DNA from: Flavobacteriales bacterium
GTDB lineage: Bacteria; Bacteroidota; Bacteroidia; JACJYZ01
Reading direction: 5' to 3'
Length of the DNA: 64,000 nt
NCBI GenBank assembly: GCA_020435415.1
Contig: JAGQZQ010000004.1
Location: forward strand, 6,234 to 70,233
Positions 45,472-55,607 of the stretch are shown piece by piece. Positions within the stretch are counted from its first letter, which is position 1. Each line of letters starts with the position of its first letter. Under the pieces are notes generated by a model. It ran no database searches, was not told the DNA's origin, and was given only the letters and a program-made list of their open reading frames with translations. The translations under genes were made by a program, and so were the position numbers.

Positions 45472-46604
45472 GTACGGGTTTTGTAAACGAGTCCGATTGT
45501 AAAAATTACGGGGTAAAAGAATGCGAAGAACAGGTCAAGTACTGGCGAAAATAAAAATAAATCCCGTCCCCCCGATTTGTTAAGGCAGTAATTGTTTAAC
45601 ACTCCGATTGTTAATAATCTCATCAGAATCAGTGACCATTGGAATACATTTTGTGGTATAAGGCACATTCCGCCGATCATCATCACATAAAAAAAGGTCT
45701 GGCTAAAAAGGAAGAGGCCCAACACCATCTTGTGTTTGAGACGATATGAGGGTCCGGTGCTTACATGACGGCGTTTTTGATGGATCCATTCTGTAAATGT
45801 TTGCGGTGCCGCACTGATCGTCCACGAGTCCGGATGAAGGCGTATATCGGCGTCCGCATATTTGATTGCCCGGTTAACAAACAGGTCATCATCACCTGAG
45901 AGCAATTTTCCTCCGGATCCCAGTCCCCCGGATTTTTTGAAAACATCCTTGGTATAAGCCAGGTTGCGACCCACACCCATATAGGTCATCCCACTCAGAT
46001 GAAATGAAAAATACTGCAAGGCGGTTAAATAGGTGTCGAAGCGTACCAGACGATTCAACCATCCGGTTTTTCTCTCATAAGCACCAAAGCCAAGTACGAT
46101 CTGCTTGCCATTGTCGAATGGGGCGGTCATGCGTAATAGCCAGTCTGCATGCGTTGGCCGGCAATCTGCATCGGTGAGCACCATTCGGTCATACGAGGCC
46201 TTTGTTATTCCAAGGGTCAACGGAGCGCGTTTTCCTTTTCCGCCAGCTTCTGTTTTGTGTATTACCATAAGCCGTGGGTGATTGGCGGCCAGTTGATCCA
46301 GGAAACCGGTGGTGCCATCGTTGGAACAGTCATCAACCACGACCACTTCATAGTGCGGATGGGATTGTGACAGGATTACCGGGAGGTTTTTTTGAAGGGC
46401 GGTTATTTCATTATGGGCGCATATGATTACGGATACCGGTTGAGGAGAAGAAGCCGGCTGTTCATTGTTCTGGTCATAGCGTGCCAGTCGGGAAAAGAAG
46501 AGGAGGTAATACACAAGTTGCAACACAACCGCCACTGATGTGACAATGATCCAGGGATGTGGTTGCATGGATAACAGATCCTGCATGTTGCAAAAGTAAT
46601 GCAA
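45456..46604 (-). CDS. Family 2 glycosyltransferase with membrane-spanning segments
   Basis: VSVIICAHNE...VVVVDDCSNDGT...LTDADC are DxD-type GT-A motifs. There are TM helices at both ends. Confidence 0.7.
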   Translation of the reverse strand: MHYFCNMQDLLSMQPHPWIIVTSVAVVLQLVYYLLFFSRLARYDQNNEQPASSPQPVSVIICAHNEITALQKNLPVILSQSHPHYEVVVVDDCSNDGTTGFLDQLAANHPRLMVIHKTEAGGKGKRAPLTLGITKASYDRMVLTDADCRPTHADWLLRMTAPFDNGKQIVLGFGAYERKTGWLNRLVRFDTYLTALQYFSFHLSGMTYMGVGRNLAYTKDVFKKSGGLGSGGKLLSGDDDLFVNRAIKYADADIRLHPDSWTISAAPQTFTEWIHQKRRHVSTGPSYRLKHKMVLGLFLFSQTFFYVMMIGGMCLIPQNVFQWSLILMRLLTIGVLNNYCLNKSGGRDLFLFSPVLDLFFAFFYPVIFTIGLVYKTRTWKTN

Positions 46605-46654
46605 AGCGCATCAATTGACTATCTTTGGCCGCCTCAATGCCGTATTTCGGCCGT

Positions 46655-47788
46655 ATGATGAAGTTCAGACTGGACATAACGGATTCTAAAACCCGCGCAC
46701 GAGCCGGGATCCTGGAAACGGATCATGGATCCATCGCAACCCCGATATTTATGCCGGTTGGTACTGCGGGGACTGTCAAAGGGCTTTACCAGCAGCAGCT
46801 GAGCGCTGATGTTCAGGCGCAGATCATATTGGGAAATACATACCACCTCTATCTGAGACCGGGTATGGATGTGATTGCCGATGCAGGTGGTCTGCACCGG
46901 TTTATGGGATGGGAAGGCCCCATACTTACCGATAGCGGAGGATATCAGGTCTTTTCTTTGTCGGAGATCAGAAAGATAAAGGAAGAAGGAGCCACGTTTA
47001 CATCACATATAGACGGCTCCCGGCATTTCTTCAGTCCGGAACATGCCATTGACGTGCAGCGGACCATTGGTGCTGATATCATCATGGCGTTTGATGAGTG
47101 TACACCATATCCCTGCGAATATGATCAGGCAAAGAAGTCGATGGAACTTACGCATCGCTGGCTGGATCGTTCCTACAAACAATTCACAGAAACGGAACCG
47201 CGATATGGTTATGAGCAATCTCTTTTCCCTATCGTGCAAGGCAGTGTGTATCCTGATCTGAGGGAGAAGTCCGCAGCATATGTTGCCGGATTGGATTGCG
47301 CAGGTAATGCCATAGGCGGATTATCCGTTGGCGAACCCCATGAAGATATGTATGCCATGACGGACATGGTGTGCCGCATATTACCGGAGCACAAGCCCAG
47401 GTACCTCATGGGTGTGGGAACACCGGTGAATTTGCTGGAATGCATTTCATTGGGTATTGATATGTTTGACTGTGTGATGCCTACCCGTAATGCGCGGAAT
47501 GGTTTGATATATACGATGGACGGGATGATCAACATCCGCAATGAAAAATGGAAGAACGATCATACACCTCTGGATCCTGGTGGCGATGCTTTTGTTGACC
47601 GGCAATATACCCGGTCTTATGTACGCCATCTTCATATATCCGGAGAAATGCTGGGTGCCATGATCACCAGTTTGCATAACCTCCGTTTTTACCTTAGGCT
47701 GATGGAAGAAGCCCGCAGGCATATTCTGGCCGGTGATTTTGCCCTGTGGAAAGCGGATGCGATTCGTTCCATTTCAAAGAGATTGTAA
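46655..47788 (+). CDS. tgt: Queuine tRNA-ribosyltransferase (tRNA-guanine transglycosylase)
   Basis: MKFRLDITDSKTRARAGILETDHGSIATPIFMPVGTAGTVKG is a strong Tgt N-terminus. The start is at MMKFRL, not the upstream Met at 46625. Confidence 0.85.
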   Translation: MMKFRLDITDSKTRARAGILETDHGSIATPIFMPVGTAGTVKGLYQQQLSADVQAQIILGNTYHLYLRPGMDVIADAGGLHRFMGWEGPILTDSGGYQVFSLSEIRKIKEEGATFTSHIDGSRHFFSPEHAIDVQRTIGADIIMAFDECTPYPCEYDQAKKSMELTHRWLDRSYKQFTETEPRYGYEQSLFPIVQGSVYPDLREKSAAYVAGLDCAGNAIGGLSVGEPHEDMYAMTDMVCRILPEHKPRYLMGVGTPVNLLECISLGIDMFDCVMPTRNARNGLIYTMDGMINIRNEKWKNDHTPLDPGGDAFVDRQYTRSYVRHLHISGEMLGAMITSLHNLRFYLRLMEEARRHILAGDFALWKADAIRSISKRL

Positions 47789-47792
47789 TCTC

Positions 47793-48275
47793 ATGACAAC
47801 GATTTTTTTGTTGCTTGGCAGTAATCTGGGCGATCGTCACGCAAACCTGGCGTTGGGAAGGGCGCACGTTGAGGTAAACGTGGGACAGATCACTAAAACA
47901 TCAGCCATCTATGAATCTGAACCGTGGGGGTTGAAGGACCAGCCGGTGTTCCTGAACCAGGCGGTTGAATTGATAACAAGCCTTTCCCCTCAAGCCGTTT
48001 TAAAGGAATTGAAGGAGATGGAGCAGAAGGCCGGACGAAATGAGGATCATGTTCGATGGGGGCCGAGGGCTTTGGATGCAGACATACTCCTGTTTGGGCA
48101 GATGGTCATTTCCGAAACGGATCTTCAGGTACCCCACCCGCGTTTGCATGAACGGCGGTTCGCATTGATCCCTCTTGCCGAGATAGCGGCAGAACAGCGA
48201 CATCCCCTTATGAATAAGGCAATTGCGGATTTGTTAGCGGAATGCCGGGATGAAGGCGGCGTGAATAAGATTTGA
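47793..48275 (+). CDS. folK: 2-amino-4-hydroxy-6-hydroxymethyldihydropteridine diphosphokinase
   Basis: IFLLLGSNLGDR ... YESEPWG ... ALDADILLFG ... HPRLHERRFALIPLAEI matches HPPK. The start is probably at MTTIF (47793). Confidence 0.85.
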   Translation: MTTIFLLLGSNLGDRHANLALGRAHVEVNVGQITKTSAIYESEPWGLKDQPVFLNQAVELITSLSPQAVLKELKEMEQKAGRNEDHVRWGPRALDADILLFGQMVISETDLQVPHPRLHERRFALIPLAEIAAEQRHPLMNKAIADLLAECRDEGGVNKI

Positions 48276-48416
48276 TTTTCGGTTACCCGACCTGATCAAC
48301 CCAATTGGTACGGTGACCACCCTCTATATGACTGAAAATTAGTAGCTTTTCCCGGCAAAAAAGGTTTTATTTTTAAAAAACTATGCCTATACTTGCACCA
48401 AACAAAACCCTAATTC

Positions 48417-50153
48417 TTGTACTATAACTCAAGCACGATGAAAAAGCATTTGGTATACGCTTTGTCTTTCACCCTTGCCACTGTGATGGCAGGTTGTGGA
48501 GGTTTGGGCACGATGATCAAGAAGGCAGATTCAGTAACGATCAATGTTACTCCGAACCCTCTTGAGATGCACGGTGATACGGTGAAAGTGGCCATAAATG
48601 GTAAGATTCCTCCTAAATATTTTCAGAAAAAGGTGATCGTTAAGGCTACACCGGTCCTTAAATACAAAGACGGTGGTTCCAAAGAACTGAAGTCTGTTAC
48701 GCTCAAAGGTGAGAAGGCAGATGGCGATGGTCAGGTGATCAAGAAAGCGGAAGGCGGAAGTTTTTCATACAACGATCAGGTGAAGTATGAAGCCGGTATG
48801 AAGAATTGCGACCTGGTTCTGAAGATCGACGGTGCCATGGGCAGTAAAACCCAGTCTTTCCCTGAAAGAAAGATCGCTGAGGGTACAATCGTAACGCCAC
48901 TGCTGGTGAAGAGCGATGAAAAGCCAATGTTCGGTCAGCATAATTATGAGAACATGCCTCCGATTGTGCATTTGGCGAAGATTTACTATCAAAAGAACAG
49001 CTCTAATGTTCGTAGTTCAGAACTCAACGGTGATCAAATGGATGATTTCCGTGACTTTGTGGCCAAGTATGTAAAAGAAGAAGGTACCTTCCAGAGTGTT
49101 TCCACCGTTGGTTGGGCTTCTCCTGAGGGTAGCGCGGATTTGAATGAAAAGCTTTCCGAAAAAAGAGCCACAACTGCCACATCAAGCATTAAAGGACAAC
49201 TTGCCAAGAAAAAAGTAGCACCTACTGCAAAGGAAGATTTCTTCAAAGAATCCAACAAGGCTGGTGACTGGGACGGTTTCAAAAAACTGCTCGACAACTC
49301 CGATCTGGATGCCAAAGGTGAGGTGATGAATATCGTAAAGAACGATCCCAATCCGAATTCACGTGACAAGAAAATTCGTGAAGTGTCTTCCAACTATAAA
49401 ATGCTGGAGAAAGAGATTTTCCCTCAACTCAGAAGGTCAGAGGTTCGCGTTTCCGTGAAGAAGAAGGAATTTACTCAAGACCAACTGAAGGACTATGTGT
49501 TCTCTACAATGGACACGCTGAATGACACTGAAATTCTTTATGCTGCAACGTTGTTCGACGATAACGCTAAGAAACTGCAGATTTATCAGGCTTTCGCAAG
49601 TAAATATCCGGATGACTGGAGAGGACCTAACAACGTAGGCGCTATCCTGCTACTTGATGGTAAAGTGAGTGAAGCTGAAACTGAATTCAAGAAGGCAAAA
49701 GTATTGGCCGCGGAAGAGTCTGCCGTTGTAAATAACATGGGTATCATTGCCCGCAGAGGTGGTGACGTAGCCAAAGCCATGGAGCTTTACAAATCAGTAT
49801 CCAAGCCAGGTGCCGAAACCAGCTACAACCTGGGTATCTGCAGCATCATCATCGGTGACTATGCAGCAGCCAACAAATACCTTGGTGAAGCATGTGATTT
49901 CAACGCAGGACTTGCCAAGCTGCTGAGCGGAAACACAGCAGGCGCTGTAAAAGCGGTAGATTGCTCCGACGATGCCAAAACAGGATTGGGTTATTACCTG
50001 AAAGCCATTGCCGCTGCGCGTAACGGTAACAAAGATGAGACCCTTTCAAACCTGAAAAGTGCAATCCAGGCTGATGCCAAATTCAAAACCATGGCGAAGG
50101 AAGATCTGGAATTCCATAAGTTCTTCGAAGATGCCGGTTTCCAGGCGCTCTAA
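48417..50153 (+). CDS. Hypothetical lipoprotein with C-terminal TPR-like repeats
   Basis: It has a signal peptide plus lipobox (LATVMAGCGG). The C-terminal helical repeats (YNLGICSIIIGDYAAANKYLGEA...) look TPR-like. The start is probably at MKKHL (48438). Confidence 0.55.
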   Translation: MYYNSSTMKKHLVYALSFTLATVMAGCGGLGTMIKKADSVTINVTPNPLEMHGDTVKVAINGKIPPKYFQKKVIVKATPVLKYKDGGSKELKSVTLKGEKADGDGQVIKKAEGGSFSYNDQVKYEAGMKNCDLVLKIDGAMGSKTQSFPERKIAEGTIVTPLLVKSDEKPMFGQHNYENMPPIVHLAKIYYQKNSSNVRSSELNGDQMDDFRDFVAKYVKEEGTFQSVSTVGWASPEGSADLNEKLSEKRATTATSSIKGQLAKKKVAPTAKEDFFKESNKAGDWDGFKKLLDNSDLDAKGEVMNIVKNDPNPNSRDKKIREVSSNYKMLEKEIFPQLRRSEVRVSVKKKEFTQDQLKDYVFSTMDTLNDTEILYAATLFDDNAKKLQIYQAFASKYPDDWRGPNNVGAILLLDGKVSEAETEFKKAKVLAAEESAVVNNMGIIARRGGDVAKAMELYKSVSKPGAETSYNLGICSIIIGDYAAANKYLGEACDFNAGLAKLLSGNTAGAVKAVDCSDDAKTGLGYYLKAIAAARNGNKDETLSNLKSAIQADAKFKTMAKEDLEFHKFFEDAGFQAL

Positions 50154-50177
50154 GATGTTAGTTTTTCATTAGGCATA

Positions 50178-50210
50178 AAAGCCCGTCGCATTGCGGCGGG
50201 CTTTTTTATT
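50178..50210 (+). terminator. Rho-independent terminator for the lipoprotein gene
   Basis: aaaGCCCGTCGCattGCGGCGGGCttttttatt. Confidence 0.7.
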
Positions 50211-50422
50211 GGATGGATATGATAAAGCCCCTCTCATAATGAGAGGGGCCTGGTTCCTGAACAGACTGCAGAACTTGCCCGGTCAGGAGTACGTTTTATA
50301 ATGAACGATTACGTTAATGTTCATGTGCCGGAAGGTTTGCATGATCAAAGATCTGCTTTAGCCGTAGCCTGATAAAGCGACACAAAGAATCCGGCGGGAA
50401 TGAAAAAGTTTCCGGACACTTA

Positions 50423-50452
50423 AAAAAAACGGGACATGGTCATGTCCCGTTC
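50423..50452 (-). terminator. Rho-independent terminator on the minus strand, downstream of the TrmH-family gene
   Basis: On the minus strand it reads aacgggacatgaccatgtcccgtttttttt: a 10-bp perfect stem followed by T8. Confidence 0.65.
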
Positions 50453-50728
50453 TGCCCCGATCAAACCTAATCCCTTCGATCGGTGTGCTAACACCCCATG
50501 TCATTCCCGCACTTTTGAATGCACAGGGTGTTATTTCAGATTCTTTGACTACACGGATGCAAATTCCTTATGTAGCTGAAGCAAAGAACGGGTATAGTTC
50601 CATATGCATCCGGTGGAAATGAGAATTCGGTGGAATCTGTTTAAGATTCGGTCGCTAATAGACAATAATCTGTTTGATGAACCGACCGGATTTGGTTTCC
50701 ATCAATTATAGCGGAGGAGGATAACGTC

Positions 50729-51277
50729 TCAACGGGTCTGTTCGGATACGAGGGAATGTTGTCTGAAGAAGGCCCAGGAAACGATGCCTGCAGCAACGGC
50801 AATGTTCAGGGAATGCTTGGTGCCAGCCTGAGGAATGTCTACAACGGCATCACACAATGAAAGAATATCAGCGGATACGCCCTTAACTTCATGTCCCAGA
50901 ACGATCGCATAGGATGTCGTTGGATCTATGCGGAAGTCATTCAGCGATGTGCTGATGTCCGTTTGTTCAATTCCGATAATGCGGGTGCTGTATTGTTTCA
51001 ATTCGTGAATGGCTTCCCCGGTCGTGCCGAAATATTTCCATGTCACGGTGTCTGTCGCACCCAATGCGGTTTTTAGTAATTCTTTTTGCGGTGGCACCGC
51101 GGTGATACCGCAACAGTATATAGCAGCAACGCGAAAGGCATCCGCGCTTCTGAATACAGAGCCCACGTTATGAGCGCTACGGATATTGTCTAACACGATC
51201 GTCAAGGGAAGCTTGTCTGCTTTTCTGAATTGATCAGCATCCAGCCGGCCCAGTTCTTTGTTTTGAAGCTTTCGCAT
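50729..51277 (-). CDS. SpoU/TrmH-family RNA 2'-O-methyltransferase
   Basis: It has the SPOUT motifs LDNIRSAHNVGSVFRSADAF, IVLGHEVKGVS and HSLNIAVAAGI. Confidence 0.75.
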   Translation of the reverse strand: MRKLQNKELGRLDADQFRKADKLPLTIVLDNIRSAHNVGSVFRSADAFRVAAIYCCGITAVPPQKELLKTALGATDTVTWKYFGTTGEAIHELKQYSTRIIGIEQTDISTSLNDFRIDPTTSYAIVLGHEVKGVSADILSLCDAVVDIPQAGTKHSLNIAVAAGIVSWAFFRQHSLVSEQTR

Positions 51278-51401
51278 ATGGCGTAAAGGTAAGAACCTTC
51301 CGGTGTTGATGGAATGTTAATAAGAAATCATGGGTTGTCAGGTCGAAGCCCCTATATTTATAGGTTAATGTTGATTCGAAGTTTGTAAATCCGTTTGATG
51401 T

Positions 51402-54044
51402 ATGGCCGTAGCAGGAAAGCGAAAGACCAAATCAAAAACCAAGAGTACCGAAACCCCATTGATGCAGCAGTACAACGCCATCAAAGGGAAACACCCGGAT
51501 GCGTTATTGCTGTTCAGGGTGGGTGATTTTTACGAAACCTTCGGTGAAGATGCTGTAAAGGCCGCCGGGATCTTAGGCATTGTCCTCACCAAACGCGCCA
51601 ACGGGTCTGCTTCGGAGATCGCATTGGCGGGCTTTCCGCATCATTCACTTGACACCTATCTCCCGAAACTGGTACGCGCCGGATACCGTGTGGCCATTTG
51701 CGATCAGCTGGAAGATCCCAAGATGACCAAAACCATTGTGAAACGCGGTGTGACAGAACTTGTGACGCCGGGGGTGACCATGAATGATCAGGTGCTGGAT
51801 ACCCGCTCAAACAATCATCTGGCAGCAGTACATTTCGATAAAGATCAGGTAGGGGTGGCGTTTCTGGATATATCCACCGGCGAGTTTCTGGTAACTCAAG
51901 GTAACCATGATCATGCTGAAAAAATATTAACGGGTTTTTCACCAAGTGAGGTGATCTATCTTAAGCACGACAGGAAACAGTTCGTTCAGGTATTCGGAGA
52001 TCGCTATTTTACGTATGCGATGGAAGACTGGGTGTTTACACAGGACTTTGCCCAGGATATTCTGTTGAAACACTTTCAGACGAATTCGCTTAAGGGCTTT
52101 GGTGTGGAGCAACTGCATACCGGAATTGTAGCTGCCGGCGCCTGTCTTCATTATGTAGCCGAAACACAACACGATAAAGTTTCTCACATTACCGGGATTT
52201 CAAGAATAGAGGAGGACCGGTATGTGTGGCTGGACCGCTTCACGATACGGAATCTGGAGTTGTTTCATTCTGCCAATCCGGATGCCACCACATTTCGGGA
52301 AGTGATCGATGAGACCGTTTCCCCGATGGGTTCACGCATGCTGCGCAAGTGGATCGCCTTTCCACTGAAAGATGTCAACGCGATCCGGGCAAGACATGAT
52401 GTGGTAGAAGAGTTGCTTGAAAATGATGCCCTATTTGCGACATTGGAAAGGGAGATACAACAGATTGGTGACCTGGAAAGACTCATCTCCAAAGTGGCGG
52501 CGCAACGTATCAACCCGAGAGAGCTGGGGCAACTGTTGCGTTCCCTCCAATCCGTAGAACCTGTCCGCGAAGCCTGCACAGAATCGAAATGCAAGGCACT
52601 AAAAGAGCTGGCCGGACAAATGATCCTGTGCGATGAAGCCATTCAAAAGATCGCAGGTACCCTCGTTGATGAGCCACCGGCCTTGCTTAACAAGGGCAAG
52701 GTGATCGCAGAAGGAATTTCACCTGAACTGGATGAGCTGAGGAGTATCGCAGGATCGGGAAAGGAACACTTGCTTAAAATTCAGCAAAGGGAAACGGAGC
52801 GAACCGGCATTCCATCACTAAAGGTGGCATTTAATAATGTTTTCGGCTATTACCTGGAGGTTACCAATGCCCATAAAAATAAGGTGCCATCAGAGTGGAT
52901 CAGGAAACAAACCCTGGTGAATGCGGAGCGATACATCACCGAGGAACTGAAATCCTATGAAGAAAAAATACTGGGTGCGGAAGATAAAATGCTGGCGTTG
53001 GAAGCCCGTCTTTTTCAGGAACTCGTGTCAGCATTGGTTCCCTATGTGAAGCATGTGCAGGTGAATGCACAGATTATCGCCAGACTGGATTGTTTGTGTT
53101 CATTCGCAACCTGTGCAAGAAAGGGCAACTATGCGCGACCAGTTGTTGATGAAGGGGAGGTGCTTGATATCCGTGGCGGTCGTCATCCGGTAATCGAATC
53201 ACAGCTGCCTCCGGGGGAATCATACATAGCCAACGATGTTTTACTGGATCCGGAATCGCAGCAGATCATTATCGTGACCGGACCCAATATGGCGGGTAAA
53301 TCGGCACTCCTCCGGCAAACGGCATTGATTGTGCTCATGGCGCAGATGGGCAGTTTTGTGCCGGCTACTCAGGCAACGATCGGTTGGGTGGATAAAATAT
53401 TCACCCGCGTTGGTGCATCGGATAATATCTCCTCAGGGGAGTCAACATTCATGGTGGAGATGAATGAAACCTCCAGCATTCTGAATAACCTGTCTCCCCG
53501 AAGTCTGATTCTTCTTGATGAGATCGGCCGCGGTACGAGTACGTATGATGGTATTTCCATCGCATGGTCTATCACCGAGTATCTTCATGAAAACAAACAC
53601 GCCAGGGCAAAGACCATGTTTGCCACCCACTACCACGAGTTGAATGATATGGCGGGTCTGTTTCCGCGTATCAGGAACTACAATGTTTCTGTCAAAGAGG
53701 TAAACAATAAGATCCTTTTTCTGCGGAAGCTGGTTGCAGGTGGAAGTGCCCATAGTTTCGGAATTCACGTAGCACGGATGGCGGGTATGCCCAAACCCAT
53801 CTTGAACAAGGCGGAGGAAATGCTGAAACATCTGGAATCAACCCATGGGAACAAGGGAAGGGAAGAAGGGAATGGCGTTGCCAAACGTGGTGAAGATGTG
53901 CAACTGAGCTTTTTTCAATTGGACGATCCGGTATTGGAGCAGGTCAGGGATGAGATTCTGGAACTGGATATTAATACGCTCACGCCAGTGGAAGCTTTGA
54001 TGAAGCTGAACGAAATAAAAAAGCTGGTAGGAGGGAAGACCTAA
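51402..54044 (+). CDS. mutS: DNA mismatch repair protein MutS
   Basis: The N-terminus reads [30 protein letters not shown]. The Walker A is GPNMAGKS, and ...[12 protein letters not shown] is also present. Confidence 0.9.
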   Translation: MAVAGKRKTKSKTKSTETPLMQQYNAIKGKHPDALLLFRVGDFYETFGEDAVKAAGILGIVLTKRANGSASEIALAGFPHHSLDTYLPKLVRAGYRVAICDQLEDPKMTKTIVKRGVTELVTPGVTMNDQVLDTRSNNHLAAVHFDKDQVGVAFLDISTGEFLVTQGNHDHAEKILTGFSPSEVIYLKHDRKQFVQVFGDRYFTYAMEDWVFTQDFAQDILLKHFQTNSLKGFGVEQLHTGIVAAGACLHYVAETQHDKVSHITGISRIEEDRYVWLDRFTIRNLELFHSANPDATTFREVIDETVSPMGSRMLRKWIAFPLKDVNAIRARHDVVEELLENDALFATLEREIQQIGDLERLISKVAAQRINPRELGQLLRSLQSVEPVREACTESKCKALKELAGQMILCDEAIQKIAGTLVDEPPALLNKGKVIAEGISPELDELRSIAGSGKEHLLKIQQRETERTGIPSLKVAFNNVFGYYLEVTNAHKNKVPSEWIRKQTLVNAERYITEELKSYEEKILGAEDKMLALEARLFQELVSALVPYVKHVQVNAQIIARLDCLCSFATCARKGNYARPVVDEGEVLDIRGGRHPVIESQLPPGESYIANDVLLDPESQQIIIVTGPNMAGKSALLRQTALIVLMAQMGSFVPATQATIGWVDKIFTRVGASDNISSGESTFMVEMNETSSILNNLSPRSLILLDEIGRGTSTYDGISIAWSITEYLHENKHARAKTMFATHYHELNDMAGLFPRIRNYNVSVKEVNNKILFLRKLVAGGSAHSFGIHVARMAGMPKPILNKAEEMLKHLESTHGNKGREEGNGVAKRGEDVQLSFFQLDDPVLEQVRDEILELDINTLTPVEALMKLNEIKKLVGGKT

Positions 54045-54088
54045 AATCTTTGGGATCAGATCTTCCCCCGAACCAGTCTCATGTGGTG

Positions 54089-54817
54089 TTATCTCAATCG
54101 GAAAAGTATCGGTAGCGAACATTGCATGCGTACCTTTTTACCGCCATGCTCAGCCGGAATCCATCGCGGTAATTTTTTCACAGCCCTGGCCGCTTCCATT
54201 TCCATATCTTTTGTGCGGACCTGAGGTGAGTCGACAATGGCAATGTTGGTGAGTTGCCCGTCAGGTTCAACCACAAAGGTCACGTAAACGGTGCCTTCCT
54301 GGTTTCTGTCCATATCTCTTGCCGGATAATGAAGTTCACTCTGAAGGAAGCGGTCCAGCGCTTTTTTTCCTCCCGGGAAGGAGGCTTGTTTCTCTACCTG
54401 CCAGCCGTGGTAAACGGTAACGTTGGGAATCTCTTCCGTTTTATCCACTTTGAAGGTCATGTCGGCCAAATCTAACGCCAGGGTATCTGGTGTTGTGAAG
54501 ATGGTCTTGGTCTCTTTATGTTCATTGTCGACCACCTTCAACTTATTGGGATCGGTTTTTTTCTTTACCTCGGTGATCTCAGGTTTTTTCTTGTCCTTAA
54601 TGATATCAACGACAAAGATGTCAGGTTCAAAGCTGCTTCCGACGGTTGGGTCCCCGAGGTCGATCAGTTTTCCAACAGGGGATTTCCATTCAAAGGCAAT
54701 CAATGATAAACTTAAGGATGTGATGAAGCCGATGGCAAGGAACGACTTTCTTTTTCTTTCCAACCCTTTCTGGCCGGAGCGAGCGTGTTGTCTGGTGGTC
54801 ATAATTTTACCCTCCAT
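54089..54817 (-). CDS. Energy transducer TonB family protein
   Basis: It has an N-terminal TM anchor and a Pro/Lys-rich linker. The C-terminal TonB domain reads EGTVYVTFVVEPDGQLTNIAIVDS...KLPRWIPAEHGGKKV. Confidence 0.7.
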   Translation of the reverse strand: MEGKIMTTRQHARSGQKGLERKRKSFLAIGFITSLSLSLIAFEWKSPVGKLIDLGDPTVGSSFEPDIFVVDIIKDKKKPEITEVKKKTDPNKLKVVDNEHKETKTIFTTPDTLALDLADMTFKVDKTEEIPNVTVYHGWQVEKQASFPGGKKALDRFLQSELHYPARDMDRNQEGTVYVTFVVEPDGQLTNIAIVDSPQVRTKDMEMEAARAVKKLPRWIPAEHGGKKVRMQCSLPILFRLR

Positions 54818-55052
54818 GATTTAGTGATACATACAGTGATGATGCGGCGGAAGGTAAAATTTCACATAGGCAAGTCCAGTATAGTTTTTTTATTGAACGC
54901 CACACATTAGATGAATATTTTATGGTACTGGTTGTCAAACTTTTTTCTAACATCAAATGATGTGGTTTTAGTAGTGTAATAAAAGGGTAGATATTATTGA
55001 TTTTGTGATAAAGTGGAGAGGAAGGCACGACTAAAATCAAAAGAAGTAAAAC

Positions 55053-55088
55053 CAAAATCACAATTAACCGTAGACGGATGTGATTTTG
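55053..55088. promoter_or_regulatory. 10-bp perfect inverted repeat (caaaatcaca-N16-tgtgattttg) in the AT-rich leader of the polysaccharide locus
   Basis: Seen in the sequence about 520 nt upstream of the sugar-transferase start. It is a candidate operator site or RNA hairpin. Confidence 0.3.
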
Positions 55089-55607
55089 CGCTTATAATAA
55101 TCAAAATAATTTAACGGACATGTGTCGCGTGAGTAAAAACAATAATTTATTAGTGTTAAATCTTACCCAAGCATGTTTTTGTTGAAAATACAAGATATAC
55201 GATATTTAATTGTTTGAAAAACAGTAAGATGAATGCCGTATTTTGCCCTACGGGAATATACTTAAGGTCAAATATTGAGTAAAATCACTTCGCTTAAACC
55301 GTGCTTCGCCTTGTACTTTAGGATAAGTCGTAGTACTTTTGCCAAGTGTTGACGCAGTTGAATCCGTTTTTTTATTGAAATATTTTCGTGGCGAAAGTCA
55401 CAATCTGAAGTAGAAGGATACCCAGGAACGTGAAGAAGTATCAAGGAATATTGAAGTTGGCAAGCAAGATAGAGTTAAATCAATTCTTGCAGGATTTATG
55501 TCAACCTTTGATTTTTTTGAAACCTGTAACGTTGGAGTTGAAAGAAATTAATTCTGCGTCCGTAGCAGATTGCAATAAATTGAAATACACCAGAAATACT
55601 TAAGCAC

